From assembly GCA_038496445.1 (NCBI GenBank), contig JALMLS010000626.1, forward strand, positions 1 through 64,000: DNA of 64,000 nucleotides, written 5' to 3'. The notes beneath the pieces are model-generated. The model saw nothing but the letters and a program-made list of their open reading frames with translations, ran no database searches and was not told where the DNA came from. Below are positions 12,256 through 25,955 of this stretch, one piece after another; the stretch's first letter is position 1; each line of letters opens with the position of its first letter. The translations under genes and the position numbers were made by a program. The DNA comes from Trichosphaerium sp. ATCC 40318. Its lineage: Eukaryota > Protista > Tubulinea.

Positions 12256-12962
12256 CTACGCCGTAGATCTTGTCTGCTTTGGATTGAGGACCAGCTTGAG
12301 ATTTCAAGTCATCAATAACGACTTGAAATTTTTCTTCTGCGCCTACGTCAACGACATATTTCGAGGTAGCGGTCCATCTAATAGGCTTAGAACAATACCA
12401 ATACCTTTATTTACCTTCCAGTAGTGGAGAAACCCTACGAGAAGTGTTAGAAGCAAGTTTTTCTGTTCAAACAAAATTCTTGAGAGTAACATACCTGTAC
12501 CCATCCACAAGTGATTTCTAGACGAATCTCGTCAGTACCGTCTCTTCTACACGAGTTCAGTTAGCAAATTTAGACCAACGAGTGGTGAGAGGTATGTATG
12601 TACCTGTAACTTGCGTTAAATGCCATTGAAAGCGAATAGGTGTTGTATGTGTTGTTATGTATTTGAAGCTAAGGCTGGTGAACGACGCACATGTCGTCCA
12701 GTTATTTCGCGAGATAGCCTCATAGTACCTTTAAAACACTTACACACGCGTATTCACTGAGTTACACGCCCTTTCTGTAGTAACCGACAATACTACATGC
12801 TTTCACAGGCAGCATTCTTGCGTAGAACGTAATGACAGCGGTCAAACCCAGACCTCTTTTGGCTTTTAGGGATGGTGTATAAGCGTGTTTTTGCCGCATT
12901 CGCATTCAGCAGGTGTAGTTCTGCTGTTTACGAAGTATAATACTGCAAATTTGTCGGTTCAT
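12256..12962 (-). CDS. Hypothetical multi-exon protein
   Basis: Open exon-like stretches with GT/AG ends (YYEAISRNNWTTCASF.., RDGTDEIRLEITCGWVQ, ..KADKIYGV*). Start uncertain. Confidence 0.35.
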
Positions 12963-13345
12963 AGTAATATTACTCAATATCACGTGATTCCGCTATTATG
13001 ATAACATGGTGACATCTACGAAGGAAGCGCTATAAAAATACGAGCAGTTTGCAGCATATTCACAAAAGGTTGTTCCTTATCTCGTTGCAGCCTACTTGCT
13101 CATCTCATCTTTAGTACTCTTTGATTTCTTAGTCTTTTTGATTATCGGAGGTTTCTCAATTCTGGAAAAGGGTAGAACAACTTAGGATTGAGAGTAGTTT
13201 CTCCAGAGAGTGTGCACTCTCTAAAAATGACGTTATACTGCTTACAACATTAAAAGGGTTGTCAAGTATTTTACACTACGTATGGCGTCATATTTTTAGG
13301 AGATTTACACGCTTCCTTGAATCACAAGCCAAAAAACGCCACAGG

Positions 13346-14388
13346 ATGGAGAGCATCTCATCAAACTCTTTTTCAAGTGTTTATAGAATAGGATGTTCTA
13401 TAGGTATTGGTGCTACGTCGCAAGTATACAAGGCAGAAGAGAAACGAAGCAAAAAAAAACTTGCGCTCAAAATAATTTACCCACATTTCTTTCGTGATCA
13501 CGAGGACCTAGTACAGGCTGAAATAGAGGTTTTAAGCAATTTTAGACACAATAATATTGTTCGACTTGTAGACGCACACTGCCACAAAGGTACACGCCTA
13601 CCTGCGCTAGTATATTATTAATTACTTTCCTTTAACATAACATTGTCTTTTTTAGATGTAGTAATGCTTGTACTCGATCGCGCTTTGCTTAGTCTTGATG
13701 CATTCTCAGCGACTTATAAACTACCCACAATACGCATAAAGTCTATTATGATGCAATGTTTAGAAGGATTACGATATATGCATGGCTTGGGTTATGTACA
13801 CAATGGTAAGCGTTTCACATCTTCCGATGTTTCTGAATAACATCCGAGAAATTTCTACGTTGTTGTCATCCTTGCTAAACGTTATGTCTAGACGTTAAGA
13901 TGGGTAACATTCTTATTGGCGCCAATGGAACTATAAAATTGACAGACTTTGGGAACTGTTCTTTGATTTCAGATGCTCAAGAAGGAAAAGTAAGACGAAG
14001 AGGAACACTTGAGTATTTGGCGCCTGAAATTTTTATTCACAAAAGATGGTCTGATAAACGTGATATATGGAGCCTTGGTCTGACATGTTTTCGATTGGTT
14101 ACAGGGAATCTTCCTTTTAAAATATTGGATAATGATTTACCATCTTTTGTCATGGGGTTGACGTTATTATACAAGACAAAGACATACGATTGGGATTCTT
14201 TTCAAAACCAATACAAAAACTTAAAAGATGATCTTGTTTTATTTTTACAACATTTACTTCATCCCGTACCTGAGAGGCGTGCTTCAGCGGAAGAGTGCCT
14301 CGATATGGCTTGGCTTGGGGTGTCGTTAGACAGGGTAAAGGATAGACATTGGTTTAAAAAACGAGCTGTACATAAATTGACGAAATAA
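13346..14388 (+). CDS. Ser/Thr protein kinase (non-RD), 2 introns
   Basis: IGIGATSQV, ALK, HN|DVKMGNIL, DFG, GTLEYLAPE, DIWSLG. Confidence 0.92.
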
Positions 14389-14558
14389 CTAAAAGACAAT
14401 CCTGTTTTTTTTCTTCCTTTTTGACTTGAAGTCAGCCATGTTAAACTGTAATCCAACTAAAATAATGCCACTGAGCTATTAGTTGATCTGGAGAGTATAT
14501 AACAGCATTGGTAGCGCCTGTAAGGCATATGTATGATTTATAAACTGCAATGTGGTAA

Positions 14559-17202
14559 ATGCTGTTTAAAGTAGTTCATGGGCACCAACGTGCGTAGAGA
14601 TTAGTAAATACGCGCTTTCTGTATGTAAATAAGGTAGTGTGCCCAAAGAAGCGTCAATACTCGTACAAGCCAACTGTAGCGTTGTATTTGGTGAATCAAA
14701 GGAGTTTCTTCGATATGACACTTGGGGCGTCGTTAAAAGTATACACACTCGATGACTGGTACGGCATTTCTAATGAGAAAATAAACCGACATGGCGCAAG
14801 ACCAATCCTTGAAAAGTAAGCAAATGCAAGCGATTGAGCTTGGCTTGAAAGTAATTTTTTTCAAAAATATAGATATGATCATTGTCTTCCTACTTGTCTT
14901 CAAACTTTATACAACGATTATGAATGGCAATCCTGGGAGTTCTTGTACGAAAGTGTTTACACCTATTTTGTATAAGTGTTTTGTCCGTGTTGACACGCAG
15001 CAGGCACGTGCCTGACGGATTTTGGGATAAAAGAGATCACGAGATTGGTAAATTTAACTCAATGGCTAAGACGATTGGCGTTAAGACTATGGATGATTGG
15101 TATCATGTAAAAAAAAGAGAAGTGCAGCTATTAGGTGCCAGTGGAGTGATACAAGTAAAGTACATGTCGAGAACCATTTTTCTCATCTTGTCTTGTACTA
15201 ACATTATCTTTTTTTTTCACAGTTACAAAGGATCGTATGTTCTGGCGTTGACAAGCATATTTTCAAATTTTGATTGGGAGCCATGGAAGTTCGCGTGCGT
15301 AGTTTTTGGCACTTTTCGCCTGGTCTATAAAAATGAGACATCATTACCACATGTGTTATTGAAAGCTGAACAACTAGTAATACTGAATTTTGCCTTAGAA
15401 ATAACAATAAGTTGTGGTGGCTTCAAGCAGCTGTAGAGATGAGAATCCAACCTGTGGCAAAAGAATTACGTGTTTTTATACTAGAAGATTGGTATAAAAT
15501 TAAAGATGAACAGGTTGCTATAATCGCACCTGACTTGATGCACAAGTACTATTTTTTTTTTAAGTGTCTTTTTTATTTTTTTTACGTTTATCCAATAGAC
15601 ACAATACGTTACAGGGTTTAGTATCAAATACATTCAAACACTATGATTTTAAGGAATGGGGAGCGAGGTAATTCATTGGTATTTAAACACCCAAGCTTTT
15701 TTTTGGATTGAAATGTAAATCGAATTTTTTTTTTGCTTTTTGTTGGTCAGTACTTCTTCTTTCTTCTTGGACATCTGACCATGGTTTTCAAACGCGAATG
15801 AGGGTAAAAATTAATCTATTTGCTATTTAACTTTGGTTCAGGCAAGTACCTCATAGTTACTGGCATTCACTTTCAAATAAGCGCGAGCATGTTGAAAGGA
15901 TTGGTGAAAAATTGTATCTAACAACTCTTGATGATTGGGTTGGTATACCAATAAAATTATTGATGTCTCATGGAGCATCAGCATCTATATCGAGCATGCT
16001 CAGATCCATATATCCTGAATTTGAGTGGGATGATATGTACGGAGAGGAACCTTTAAATTTTCAAAAAAGTGGAACATTTTATTCTTGGTTTTTTGACCTA
16101 ACTTGCAAACAGCGAGCCAAGGTTCAAACATCAATCTGGATTTTGGCGGAATACATCAAATCAATTAAAGTATTTGACAGAATTAAAAGACAAACTGCAA
16201 TTGACAAATCCAGCTAGATGGTAAGTACTGCTTTTTTGAACAAATCAAGATTTATTTCTGCCTGAGTTGCCGTATTTGTGTTTTATTGACAACAGTAAAT
16301 AGGTACACACTATCCAAGGAACAAATAGCTGGTGGGGGAGGCTCAGGGATCCTTAAATTTTTCCCTAGATTCGTCACGTTACTTCATCCAAACTACAACT
16401 GGAATTGGCCTGCCTTTTCAACTAAATTCAAAACAGCTAGCCAAAAGCACGTTAACACTCATTTTCACTATATCCTTATGGGAGCACGTGATATAACTTA
16501 CTCATCTTAGTTGGCTTTTACAATGTACTCAGTGGCTATTTGAAGGTTATGAGGTACATCAAGAGCACTGCGTAGGCTCCAGAAGGTCTTCTGGTGTTCA
16601 AGTGACTGTTGATGTATTTGTGTCTGCTTTTAATGTTGGCTTAGAATACCAAGGTAATTTCTTGCTTACCTTTAAAACCACCTTGGCTCATGTCAACTTT
16701 TAGGAGAACATCATTACGAAGACTTACATTGTAAAGGATCTGTTACGGCTTACGAAGCCAGAGACTTTGAGAAACTTGAACTTTGTAAAAAATCAGGTAG
16801 CTCCAAAGAAATAAGACTGGCTTCACTATTCTGACGCTCATTGTTACAACTGTAGGAATAACTATTGTACCTGTACCATACTGGTATGTTTTAATCGAAA
16901 AGATTTCAGTCACGTGACTTTTTTTAGGTGGAAAGGTGATATGGAATCTCTGGCTGCAACAATTGTATTTTATAAACCTAGTGTTCCACTTAAATATCCT
17001 AAAGGTGTTAAACCTCTTGTAGATTTACCACAAGAGTTATTTCGCCCTTCAAAGAGTAAGAACACTCAAAAGCATGTTTGTACTCAGCTAATGTTTTTTT
17101 TTTTAAGCTATGATGGCACCTTCTATAGAAGGATCTAGAGTGGTACACATAAACACAGAACAGCAATGGCGACCACTATCATTCACACGAAAACCAGTAT
17201 GA
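14559..17202 (+). CDS. Tandem Trp-rich repeat protein (5 repeats) with C-terminal Vsr/DUF559/RAP-like nuclease domain, copy 1
   Basis: Repeats P.GFW..(x)..LGVK..DDWY..G...L.KY..S....L..IYP...W..WKF. C-terminus QEH..VDVF..GLEYQG|EHHY..RD.EK..C..G|ITIVPVPYW|WKG..ESLAATI. Last exon ambiguous (stop ~17152 or 17202). Confidence 0.8.
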
Positions 17203-17341
17203 TTGACATATTTGTGATAAAGTAATATTAAATAAACGCAACTTGCTAAACCTAACAAGCCACGCCTCATTACTTTTTTTCAAAACAAAACGTAAAAATA
17301 ATAAAACAAAAACTTATATTTACATGAGGTCCTAAACCCCT

Positions 17342-20300
17342 TTAGTATGAAGATTCATCATCCTGCTTCATATAGTCCAGAATTGTTCTCTTAGGAGGTT
17401 CTTTTGTTTTAGGTTTTGTCTTTGTTTTATGTGATGTTTTACGCTTTGGTTTTGTTGAACTATAATATTCTAGTTTTTCTGTCTTTTCTCTTGGCAGATA
17501 TGGTTTGTGTTTTGGCTTTTGTTGGGGTTTTGGTTTTGGCTTTTCAGCGATTACCCACTGGCTTAGAGTATCTTGCTTGAGCGGATGAGCTTTTATCTTA
17601 GACGATTCTCCATCAAAACCTTTAAAAGACTTGTTAGTGATGAGGTATGAACACTGTCTTTTCAATAAAACTTACTTTTTGAAAAAGCATAAAAAAATAG
17701 AGATACAACTTGACAAGAAAAGGCTTTGCCAAGTAATCTTCTTGCTTCCTTTACTGTAATCATATGACGTTCTACACCTAATTTCTTTCTTTTCATTGAA
17801 TAAGACATATTAGGATCAACAGATTGACCTATCCATTCTGCATCGAACCCTTGAATACTACAACGTATAAGTTTACAAAAAAAAAAAGCAAAAAAAAGTC
17901 TTTACTCCAAAACTGTGGTTGTGTTGCTGTTCTTGTTGTCTGAAAGATAAAATGTGTATAAACAAGTTTTTCATAACAAAATAACATGCGCACATTTCCA
18001 CGTGCTTGATTTTCAAACACTCAACCTTTCCTGTTTTTGTTAAAACTGGGTTATATCGACCGAGTTTATTTCTGGCTTCATCAGTCATCACTTCTGCAGC
18101 AGTTATTCCTGTCCATTTTAGATAGTTCCCTGTTGTTATAGCATAAGCCTTACTACCATCCATGTATTTACCCTAGGGGTCAAATATTTTAGAAAAGAAG
18201 TGAGCAACAAAAAAAAAAACAAGTTGTAATTTTGGCTCTAAAAACTCAACCCACATGTCTTCGCTCTAGTTAAATGATAACACAAACATAGTTTTAAACT
18301 TTTCTTAAATACAAGTACAGTAAATAATATTTTGAAATACTGAAAGCCATGAATGGCTATACTGAACCAAAAAAAAAAAGAGTTACCTGTGATAGAATGT
18401 CGTTGATCTCAAGAATTGCATTATCTACACCACTACTTGCGTCGAGTCGGATATTACTCCAGTAATAGCGATTACGTCTAGCAGCGCTGTAGTGCTTGGC
18501 ATCAAGCTTAACTGGGGGAACACCCAAGATGTCAGTTATCTTTTGTTTTGAAGCCTTGGACACTAATTCAAAGAGTTGGTGATGGCGAACTGGATGGTTT
18601 GCAGACAAACTTACTGCTTGCTACGTTTTCTACCAAGAAGTATGGAAATCCAGAAATACTTGCTATCCAGCCTATTATAACTCTCACGTGAGCAAAGTTG
18701 GCTTTCGTGTCTGCATCACCAAACCCCTTTTTTTGCTACAAAATATCTTAACAAAAAAGAAAAGAGATTCTTTTAGCGACGCACACCAAGGCAAGATAGT
18801 GCCGAACAAGGAGGGGACGCTATGACAATATCTATATCTTCTTTATACTTTACTTTTAAATCCTGTAAGACTTGTTGTGTTATCTCTGTGACGTCATTCT
18901 TTACCTTTACGAAAACGTCCTTCTCGTATCCACTAAGAAAAATAAACATCAAATAATTAACTATAAATCCATGACATACTATACCAAACACGCCTTCTCT
19001 ATGGCCCTATTCATAACCACATGACACGCTGGGTCAATTTCAGAATAATAAAACCGCTTGATCTGTGTAACAATGAGAACGACAAGCAAATGACGGAGAA
19101 CAATATGGTTTAAGAAAAAAAAAACGTACAAGTACATCCGCTCTTATAAGTGACATTAGTGCGCCACCCATGCCATCAAATAATGATAATATTACATAAC
19201 CCTCTTTAGATTGAAGAGATCGTTGTGGTTGGTCACGACTTATGTACCCCTGACTAGGAGTAACATCTTCTGGCTGCAAAACAAATTCTACTTCTTCGAA
19301 ATCGAAGGTCTCCATTTTCACTGCACTCTGAGTTGCTGCAACATCTCCTTCATCTTCTTTGTCTTTGTCTTCTTTTTCTTCTTCTTTGTTATCACCGTTT
19401 TCAATATTCCTTTTATTTTCCATAATTACTTCGTCTACAACAATATCTTCAAGTGTATCAGAGTTATGTCTTTTTGGAGGCGGAGGAATTGGCTTTGATA
19501 CTTTTCTTCTTTTTTTCTTTTTTTTGTTTATACAAGCAGTTGGTGCCTATAACTTTATCAACAATAAATGGCAGTGAAATCAATATACCTTTCGTTTTGT
19601 TGACTGAGATACTGCTGTAAATAAATGTGGCCAGTCACCTTCTAATATTTTAAAGTCATGAGGACGAGTACGTTTAGTTTCTTCATCCCAAATATGTGTA
19701 CAAAAATATCCCTCTCCGTTTGATTTTTTTTTAGTCTCAGCTTCTTCCTTTGAAGATGCCAAATAAACTATTTCGTGCATGTGACTTAACGAGTAATGAG
19801 TAGAATCAAACTCGCCAATGATTAGTTCAGTCACATCATCTTATAGAAGACAGAGTAAGCCACGTGTTAACAAGGATAAAAATCCAAAAAAAAAACGTAC
19901 TTTCTGGAGTTTTCATTTTTGGCGTTATTTGGTCTGTAGTGTACATTTTACGTATTTTAACATAAGGATCCTCGTTAACGGCCAACGGATTTATTATTTC
20001 CGCTACGAACCGTCGGTTTAAACGAATTTTAAACTTGTTTATGTAAATTTCGTTCAAAACGTACTGATTACGCCAAAAATCGGTCTACGTCCTCTAATAG
20101 ATATCGTTGCTCTATTAAAAAGTTATTAATTGTTAGTGTGCTAAAAAAGAAATCCCGCGCGTTATAAAATTATATATCGCTATCTGTATAGCGTTGAACA
20201 ACTGACGTACACATTATATGCTCGAAAAACAGTGTTTGTGTCAAGATTTTTAAAAGACGCATGATACGTGTGTCCTACGTTCTGAGGATGTAACCAGTGG

Positions 20301-20353
20301 CTTTTAGGCACTAATTTATCGCCTAGCTTAAATTCAGCCTCCCACTCAGCCAT
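17342..20353 (-). CDS. C5-cytosine DNA methyltransferase, DNMT3-like catalytic domain with BAH-like N-terminus
   Basis: Motif I LSLFDGMGG, II SEID, III NDV, IV ASPPC, VI LVENVAS, VIII SAARRNRYYWSNI, X RRLLGKAFSCQVV. Confidence 0.88.
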
Positions 20354-20663
20354 ACCACAATATTAGTTCACAACGGGCGAAAAAACACCTAAGTGTGGCC
20401 ATCAAAACAACATTCAACGAGTTTTGATTTTTTTTGACATTTCTACCAACTTGTAACGGAGTTGAATTATGTGATTGCACACAATGTACAACAATAAACA
20501 CGACTTTATTACGATGTTTTACACATTTGTAAGTGAAGCACATGGAGGAAAAACAATGGAATTTTTCGACATTTGTTGCAAGTGCTTTCGACCCCTTGAC
20601 TTTTTTTTTTCATTTAATACATTTACTAAACATTCTTACCATGTTCTTGCCCTATTCGACATT

Positions 20664-22450
20664 TTACTTTCTAAAAATCACGTGAGTAGAAGTCAAATAA
20701 ATGCGATAACGGAAAAAAAACGTACAGAATTTTCTTCCAAAACTTTGGTGGATTCTCCTTTTTCTGTTGAATGTGAGGCTTCAAAAATAGTTGTATCTTT
20801 TTGAAACCATCATATAGCTCACGAATACGTTTATCCCTGTACTGAAGCTTTTTCTTAAGAGCATCATTTATGACAGGTTTATCACCTCCTTTTCTATTAT
20901 TCCATGGCTTTGTCAAGTCTATGTAATGCATACTAAACTCCTTATCTACTATAACAGGTAACATCATAAAGCAATACGAGAATATATCTTCATTATTTTG
21001 AACACGTGTTGCATATCTATGCCTACAGAGCAAAATTAAAAGGCTATTCAAAAAAAAAGACCAATCAATAACAAAAGTACCTAAACAGCATCCAATCGTA
21101 CACTATTACCAAGTACAACATTTCAATAGCAGATAAAGAAGTATGTACTAACCCATCTGCCCAAAGTGACATACGCACTAAAGAAACAAACAAAGGTGTC
21201 CTTAGGTAACATGTGAGCAAAAAAAAAAAAAAAAAAAGTTGTCACCAAAAAAAACACTTTATGACTTTACCTATCCCAACCCATTACGCAATGAATAAGT
21301 ATTCCATAATTTTCTTTAGATAACGTATGCAGTAACTAATGCAATTAAATCACTAAGAAAAATACTTTAGGAGCTAAAAACAACATACCCGAAGAAGATG
21401 GTTTTTTGTCAATGGAACTATTTGTACACATGTTTTATCAACTATTAAACCTATAGAAACAAACTATTGAATATGGTGATTTATGATAAAGACAAAATCA
21501 ATTGAAAAAAAAAAGTGTTATGAGTGCTAACCATCAAACAAATCTTGTAAGTTTTTTTTTCCAAAGAATGAAACCCCTGGATATGGCATCGCCATTACAT
21601 CGAACCCAGCATAAGCACCAGTGCTATCAGTTTGTTCACTTGTACCCATCTTAACACCGAATAGTTTAAATGTATTCTCCGTCATCAAATCCGCAATAGC
21701 CCTTTTATTATGAGTCAACACAAGAAACCACTTGGTAACTGAAAAAACAAAAAAAAAAATACCCAACTCCAAGTGACAATAATAAATTAGCTTCATCCTT
21801 TCTGTGGAGAGATATACTTGATGAAAACCGCTTTTGTTGATCTGCATCATCAACATCTAGAGCTGTGAGTCGATTTTATGGTAGTCGCATTGTACCTGGT
21901 GCGTTTTTTTTTGATTTTGTTCCAACTACACCTTTCAGTTTATTGAAATTAGCTTGTACTGATCCTTCTAGTTTCTGAGCCAAACTTGCACTTCGACAAA
22001 TGTACTTGTTACCAAAAAGCAATACAGGTGTGGCAAAACGGCAGCGAGTCTACTATGGAGTCAGGCGGTGCGTAGTTTGTATGTGTTTACGCACTCTAGC
22101 GAATCTGGTGCCTATAATTTGATTGCGGAGCTTTAACGCCTCATCTTCGCTTGAATCCACCTCTTTTTGCCGCGGTACTATGATTGCGAGTGGATAAGTA
22201 CCGCACAGTTTCCCGTCTCTGTTACTAACTATATCGCACTGGTAATCGCGAGAAAATAGCTCAACACAATACTGGTTGGCTTCTAGAATCTGTTTACACA
22301 AATAAGTTAAAAATATCAATGTTAATTTGTTGCCGGTACTTCAACGTTGCTGCCATTCCAATTTGTCATAACATTCTTGTTGTACCCCAAAAAATAAAGC
22401 AGTACGTCTTCCAACCTCTGTCCCCATATATTACTTTTGTTTGGTTCCAT
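20664..22450 (-). CDS. MTMR14: Myotubularin-related protein 14 (Jumpy)-like phosphoinositide phosphatase
   Basis: LFSRDY, LCGTYP, FARVR|RCRFATPV, ICRSASL, MPYPG, catalytic HCVMGWDR|TPLFVSL.R.SLWADG, YDWMLF. Confidence 0.85.
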
Positions 22451-22582
22451 TGCCACTATATGAGCGTACTTGATAAGCGTAGTAAATAGTACAGCTGATT
22501 GTCTTCACTGAAAAAACCAAAAAAGTCAAGGTTATTAACTCAGCACCTGTAAAAGACAACCCCTTACATTACAACTTATAGC

Positions 22583-24268
22583 ATGTCACTTTCTTTGTTC
22601 TTGTTGAAGAACGCTGGAGCCAGCGACAAAGCAGAAGAGTCATGGACAGAAAAATTGGGAATAAAAGAGTTACGTACTCCAATGGCTTGGACGCCTAAAG
22701 ATCAAGCCAACCAGATGGAAGAGTTCTTCGAGATAGATGTTTTAGCTGAGGAAGAGAAAATGAGGAAAAAGAAGATGAAAAGGCCTCGAGTTAACTACGA
22801 GGAGGATATTGACGCGCTTAACCTAATTCCACCAAAGAGAAAGCTTGAAGAAACTCAAAATGCTCAAGACGACGCTAAGACGCCACAAATCGATACACCA
22901 CCGGCAAAAAAACAAAAATTAAACCCAGTAGAAGAAGAAAGAATGTTAAAAGCTATGGCAGTCCTTGAACGCGCAGAGGAAATAAAAATGATGCCAGAGG
23001 ACACCCAAGCAGCAGCTACAAAGAAGGATCGAGACAAGCGCAGTTTATTCGTTGGTAATGTACCATATCACACCAGAATTGGCGAATTAAAGAGTGTACT
23101 GGATAAGTATGGACAAATTGAGAATATTAAATTTATAAACGTCCCATTCTTCCACTCACGCGAAATTCAAAAGTACGTCCAACCAATGCAATAACGAGCA
23201 CCTCTTGTTCAAAAAAATGCTTACAATTTTTTGTAGAGTTGATGCTGAGCTTAAAAAGTCAGTTACAAAAGATGCTATTGTGCGATACTATGAAGAAGAA
23301 GCAGCATTAAAGACTGTTGGTACATCAAAGCCTTTCTTTGTAAACAAAGAGAAATTGAGATTGGATAAAGCAGTACCAGACGTATGATTCGTCGTTATGC
23401 GTTTTTTTTGATGTGCTAACATTGTACTAGACAAAATCGTTTAGATGCGCTGTATTCATTGGTGGTCTACCACCACAAGCATCAGAGACAGTAGTACACT
23501 CTTTATTCACTCAATGTGGTAAGGTTAGTGAGGTTAAACTAAAGCGTGATAAAAGATACCGCGTTTGTGATGGATATGGACATATCATCTTCAAGGTAAT
23601 TAGGAAAAAAAACTTTGAAAAAAAAAAAAAACTAAAACCTCCACGACGCATACCTATCCATCTAAGTACTAAAACCATTTTAGAAAAAGACATCGGTTGA
23701 AAAAGCTTTAGATCTACATATGGAGTACGTATATACACATACACATTAGAAACACGCTAGTGTGGTTCAAGATCTTTTTTTTGTTCATTTTTTTTTTTTA
23801 GACTTGAGTATCCGGGAACAAGATACAGATTACGTATATCTCGATACAAGCAATCCCCAGCAGCTGCTTTAAGTGGTAGAAATATGAAAAACATGACTAA
23901 AAATGAAAGAAGACAGATTAATGAATTAACAGGCAAAGGACCACAAAGACAATCACGTACGACTTTTCTTCGGAGTTTTTTTTTGCTTCACGTTTTTGAG
24001 TTAACGGACTTTTTTAGGGTGGACGCCTGGAGATGGTAAAAATGCCCGCGACGCCGGTAAAGGACACTACGAAAAGTGGTATGGTGCAAAGAAGAGAAAC
24101 CATAATAATTCAGGTACAGAAATGGTTTTTTGTTTCCTCATTTCATACCACCTTTGTTCTTGCCTGTTGTTAACCAATGGTTTATTAGGAGGACAAGATA
24201 GAAGAAGAGGTAGTGGTCCTAGAAAATACAAGGGTAAACGTAGGCTCAATAACCCAGTGGTCTTGTAG
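22583..24268 (+). CDS. Nucleolar two-RRM protein, RBM34/Nop12-like
   Basis: RSLFVGNVP, CVFIGGLP, GYGHIIFK (RNP1), basic C-terminal tail. Confidence 0.75.
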
Positions 24269-24457
24269 AAACAAAAAATATGACAATACAAAATACTTTA
24301 ATTGTATTTCCTTGTTATTAGTGTCTTGCTACATGAAGTTTACAAAGATTCATCGCCATCATGCACTACCAATTCGAACTTTTACTGGTTAAATCTCCAA
24401 CTGTGAGGGGCATCAGGGTACTCAGAAAGGTATTTTTTTTGTTCCTTGTTGTTTATT

Positions 24458-25955
24458 TTACAGTGAAAAGTTAAGCAATTTTGTTAATTGCTCGTTATGG
24501 TAAGGAACAAACTGATGACAAGGTGTTATCAAGTAGTTCTCGTAAATACAATTAATAGCCTCAAACTGGCAATATGCAGCTGAACAGACACATAAGTGCC
24601 AAATTTGGTGAGAGTTGAACTACAAACAAAACTTAGCAAAAAGATGACATGCGAAAGTTGAGCGTACAAAGTAATCAAAGTTACCAGGATAAAATCTTTC
24701 AGGTATATGAAGGAGGTATAATACAACACCTCCACCATAAAATAAGTACATTAACCCAAAATAACCTCCACCACTCATGTGACCACTTGGGAACAAAACA
24801 TAAGCGTGCACCATAACTAGCACTCCTTAAACAAAAATAAGCTTCACGTGCGCTGTTGTCAAAAGCAATAAACAAGAAGAGTATCGTTACCTGACGCGCC
24901 GTGGAATATGTTTAAACCCATCCTAATCCCAGCGTATTTGCCAGTGCTAAAAATTGGGAAAAAAGGCCTAAAAAAAAGAAAATTGATTTAGCGTTAAAGA
25001 TGACTATATGGCATTGTTTGGTACACTATAATAGAGGCAAGGCCAATTGATGAGAACATAATCGTGTAGAACACTGTAAAAGTGGTAAGTAACAGCAACC
25101 TTTTATGGCAAACAAAACAATTTTATAAACAAAATGCTGGCACTTTGGGATTTCCCAAAAGCTCATACTATACCGAGAATGTATTACAACAACTCAATAA
25201 AATGTGTTCATACGTACTCATCCAGTTTGGAATGCAATGAAAGCCAAAATATACAGGTGGATAAAAACTTGCTGAAACTAGACGAAGAAAGAAGTTAGAC
25301 AAAAGCTTCTTGTTAGGGTTCATGGGTACGTACCCAGAACGCCAATACCACAATAATCCAATGTAGCCGTTGTCTTAAAAATGTGTTTGGAGTGACAGTG
25401 GAAAGTATGATACAACACGGAACAGCAAAGTGTCACCTTGAAAGTAAATGAGAAAAAATTCAAAAGTAACGTTTTGACATGCGTCACTTACCATTGTCCC
25501 GGATAAATATATTGCGTATAGACCTCTTGTAATGGCGTTCGCACCAACCAATTGAGTATTAAACACGTGCCATGCAAGCACAGAAAAAAATAAAATACCG
25601 CCCAAATGTGTCCATATGTTGCCCGTTTCATTGTGTATTCTGAATATCGACTGCAAACAAAGTTTGAAGCTAAAATAGCGGCGATAACCTGTAAAAGTAC
25701 TTAGTCGCGTATACTATGTATGAAATGGTTGTAATACACCTCTTATCGCTAAGGAATAGGTTTTTACGCTTGTTACGTACCTGTAAGAATATGTTCATAG
25801 CGGCAACCAGGAGGCACTTGCCAGTACGTGTGTAGTTCGAATTTAGATGTTTTTCCTTCCTTTTGAGGATCAAAGTCGCTACACGCGCACTGAATATTGC
25901 TAATCGCCGGCCCATGTTGTTGTAAACGCGTTCGCGTTGTTTTACGATTTTTCAT
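24458..25955 (-). CDS. PAQR/adiponectin-receptor (HlyIII) family membrane protein
   Basis: HILTG, SIFRIHNETGNIWTH, YHTF, HIPERFYPGNFDY, NSHQIWH. Confidence 0.92.
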
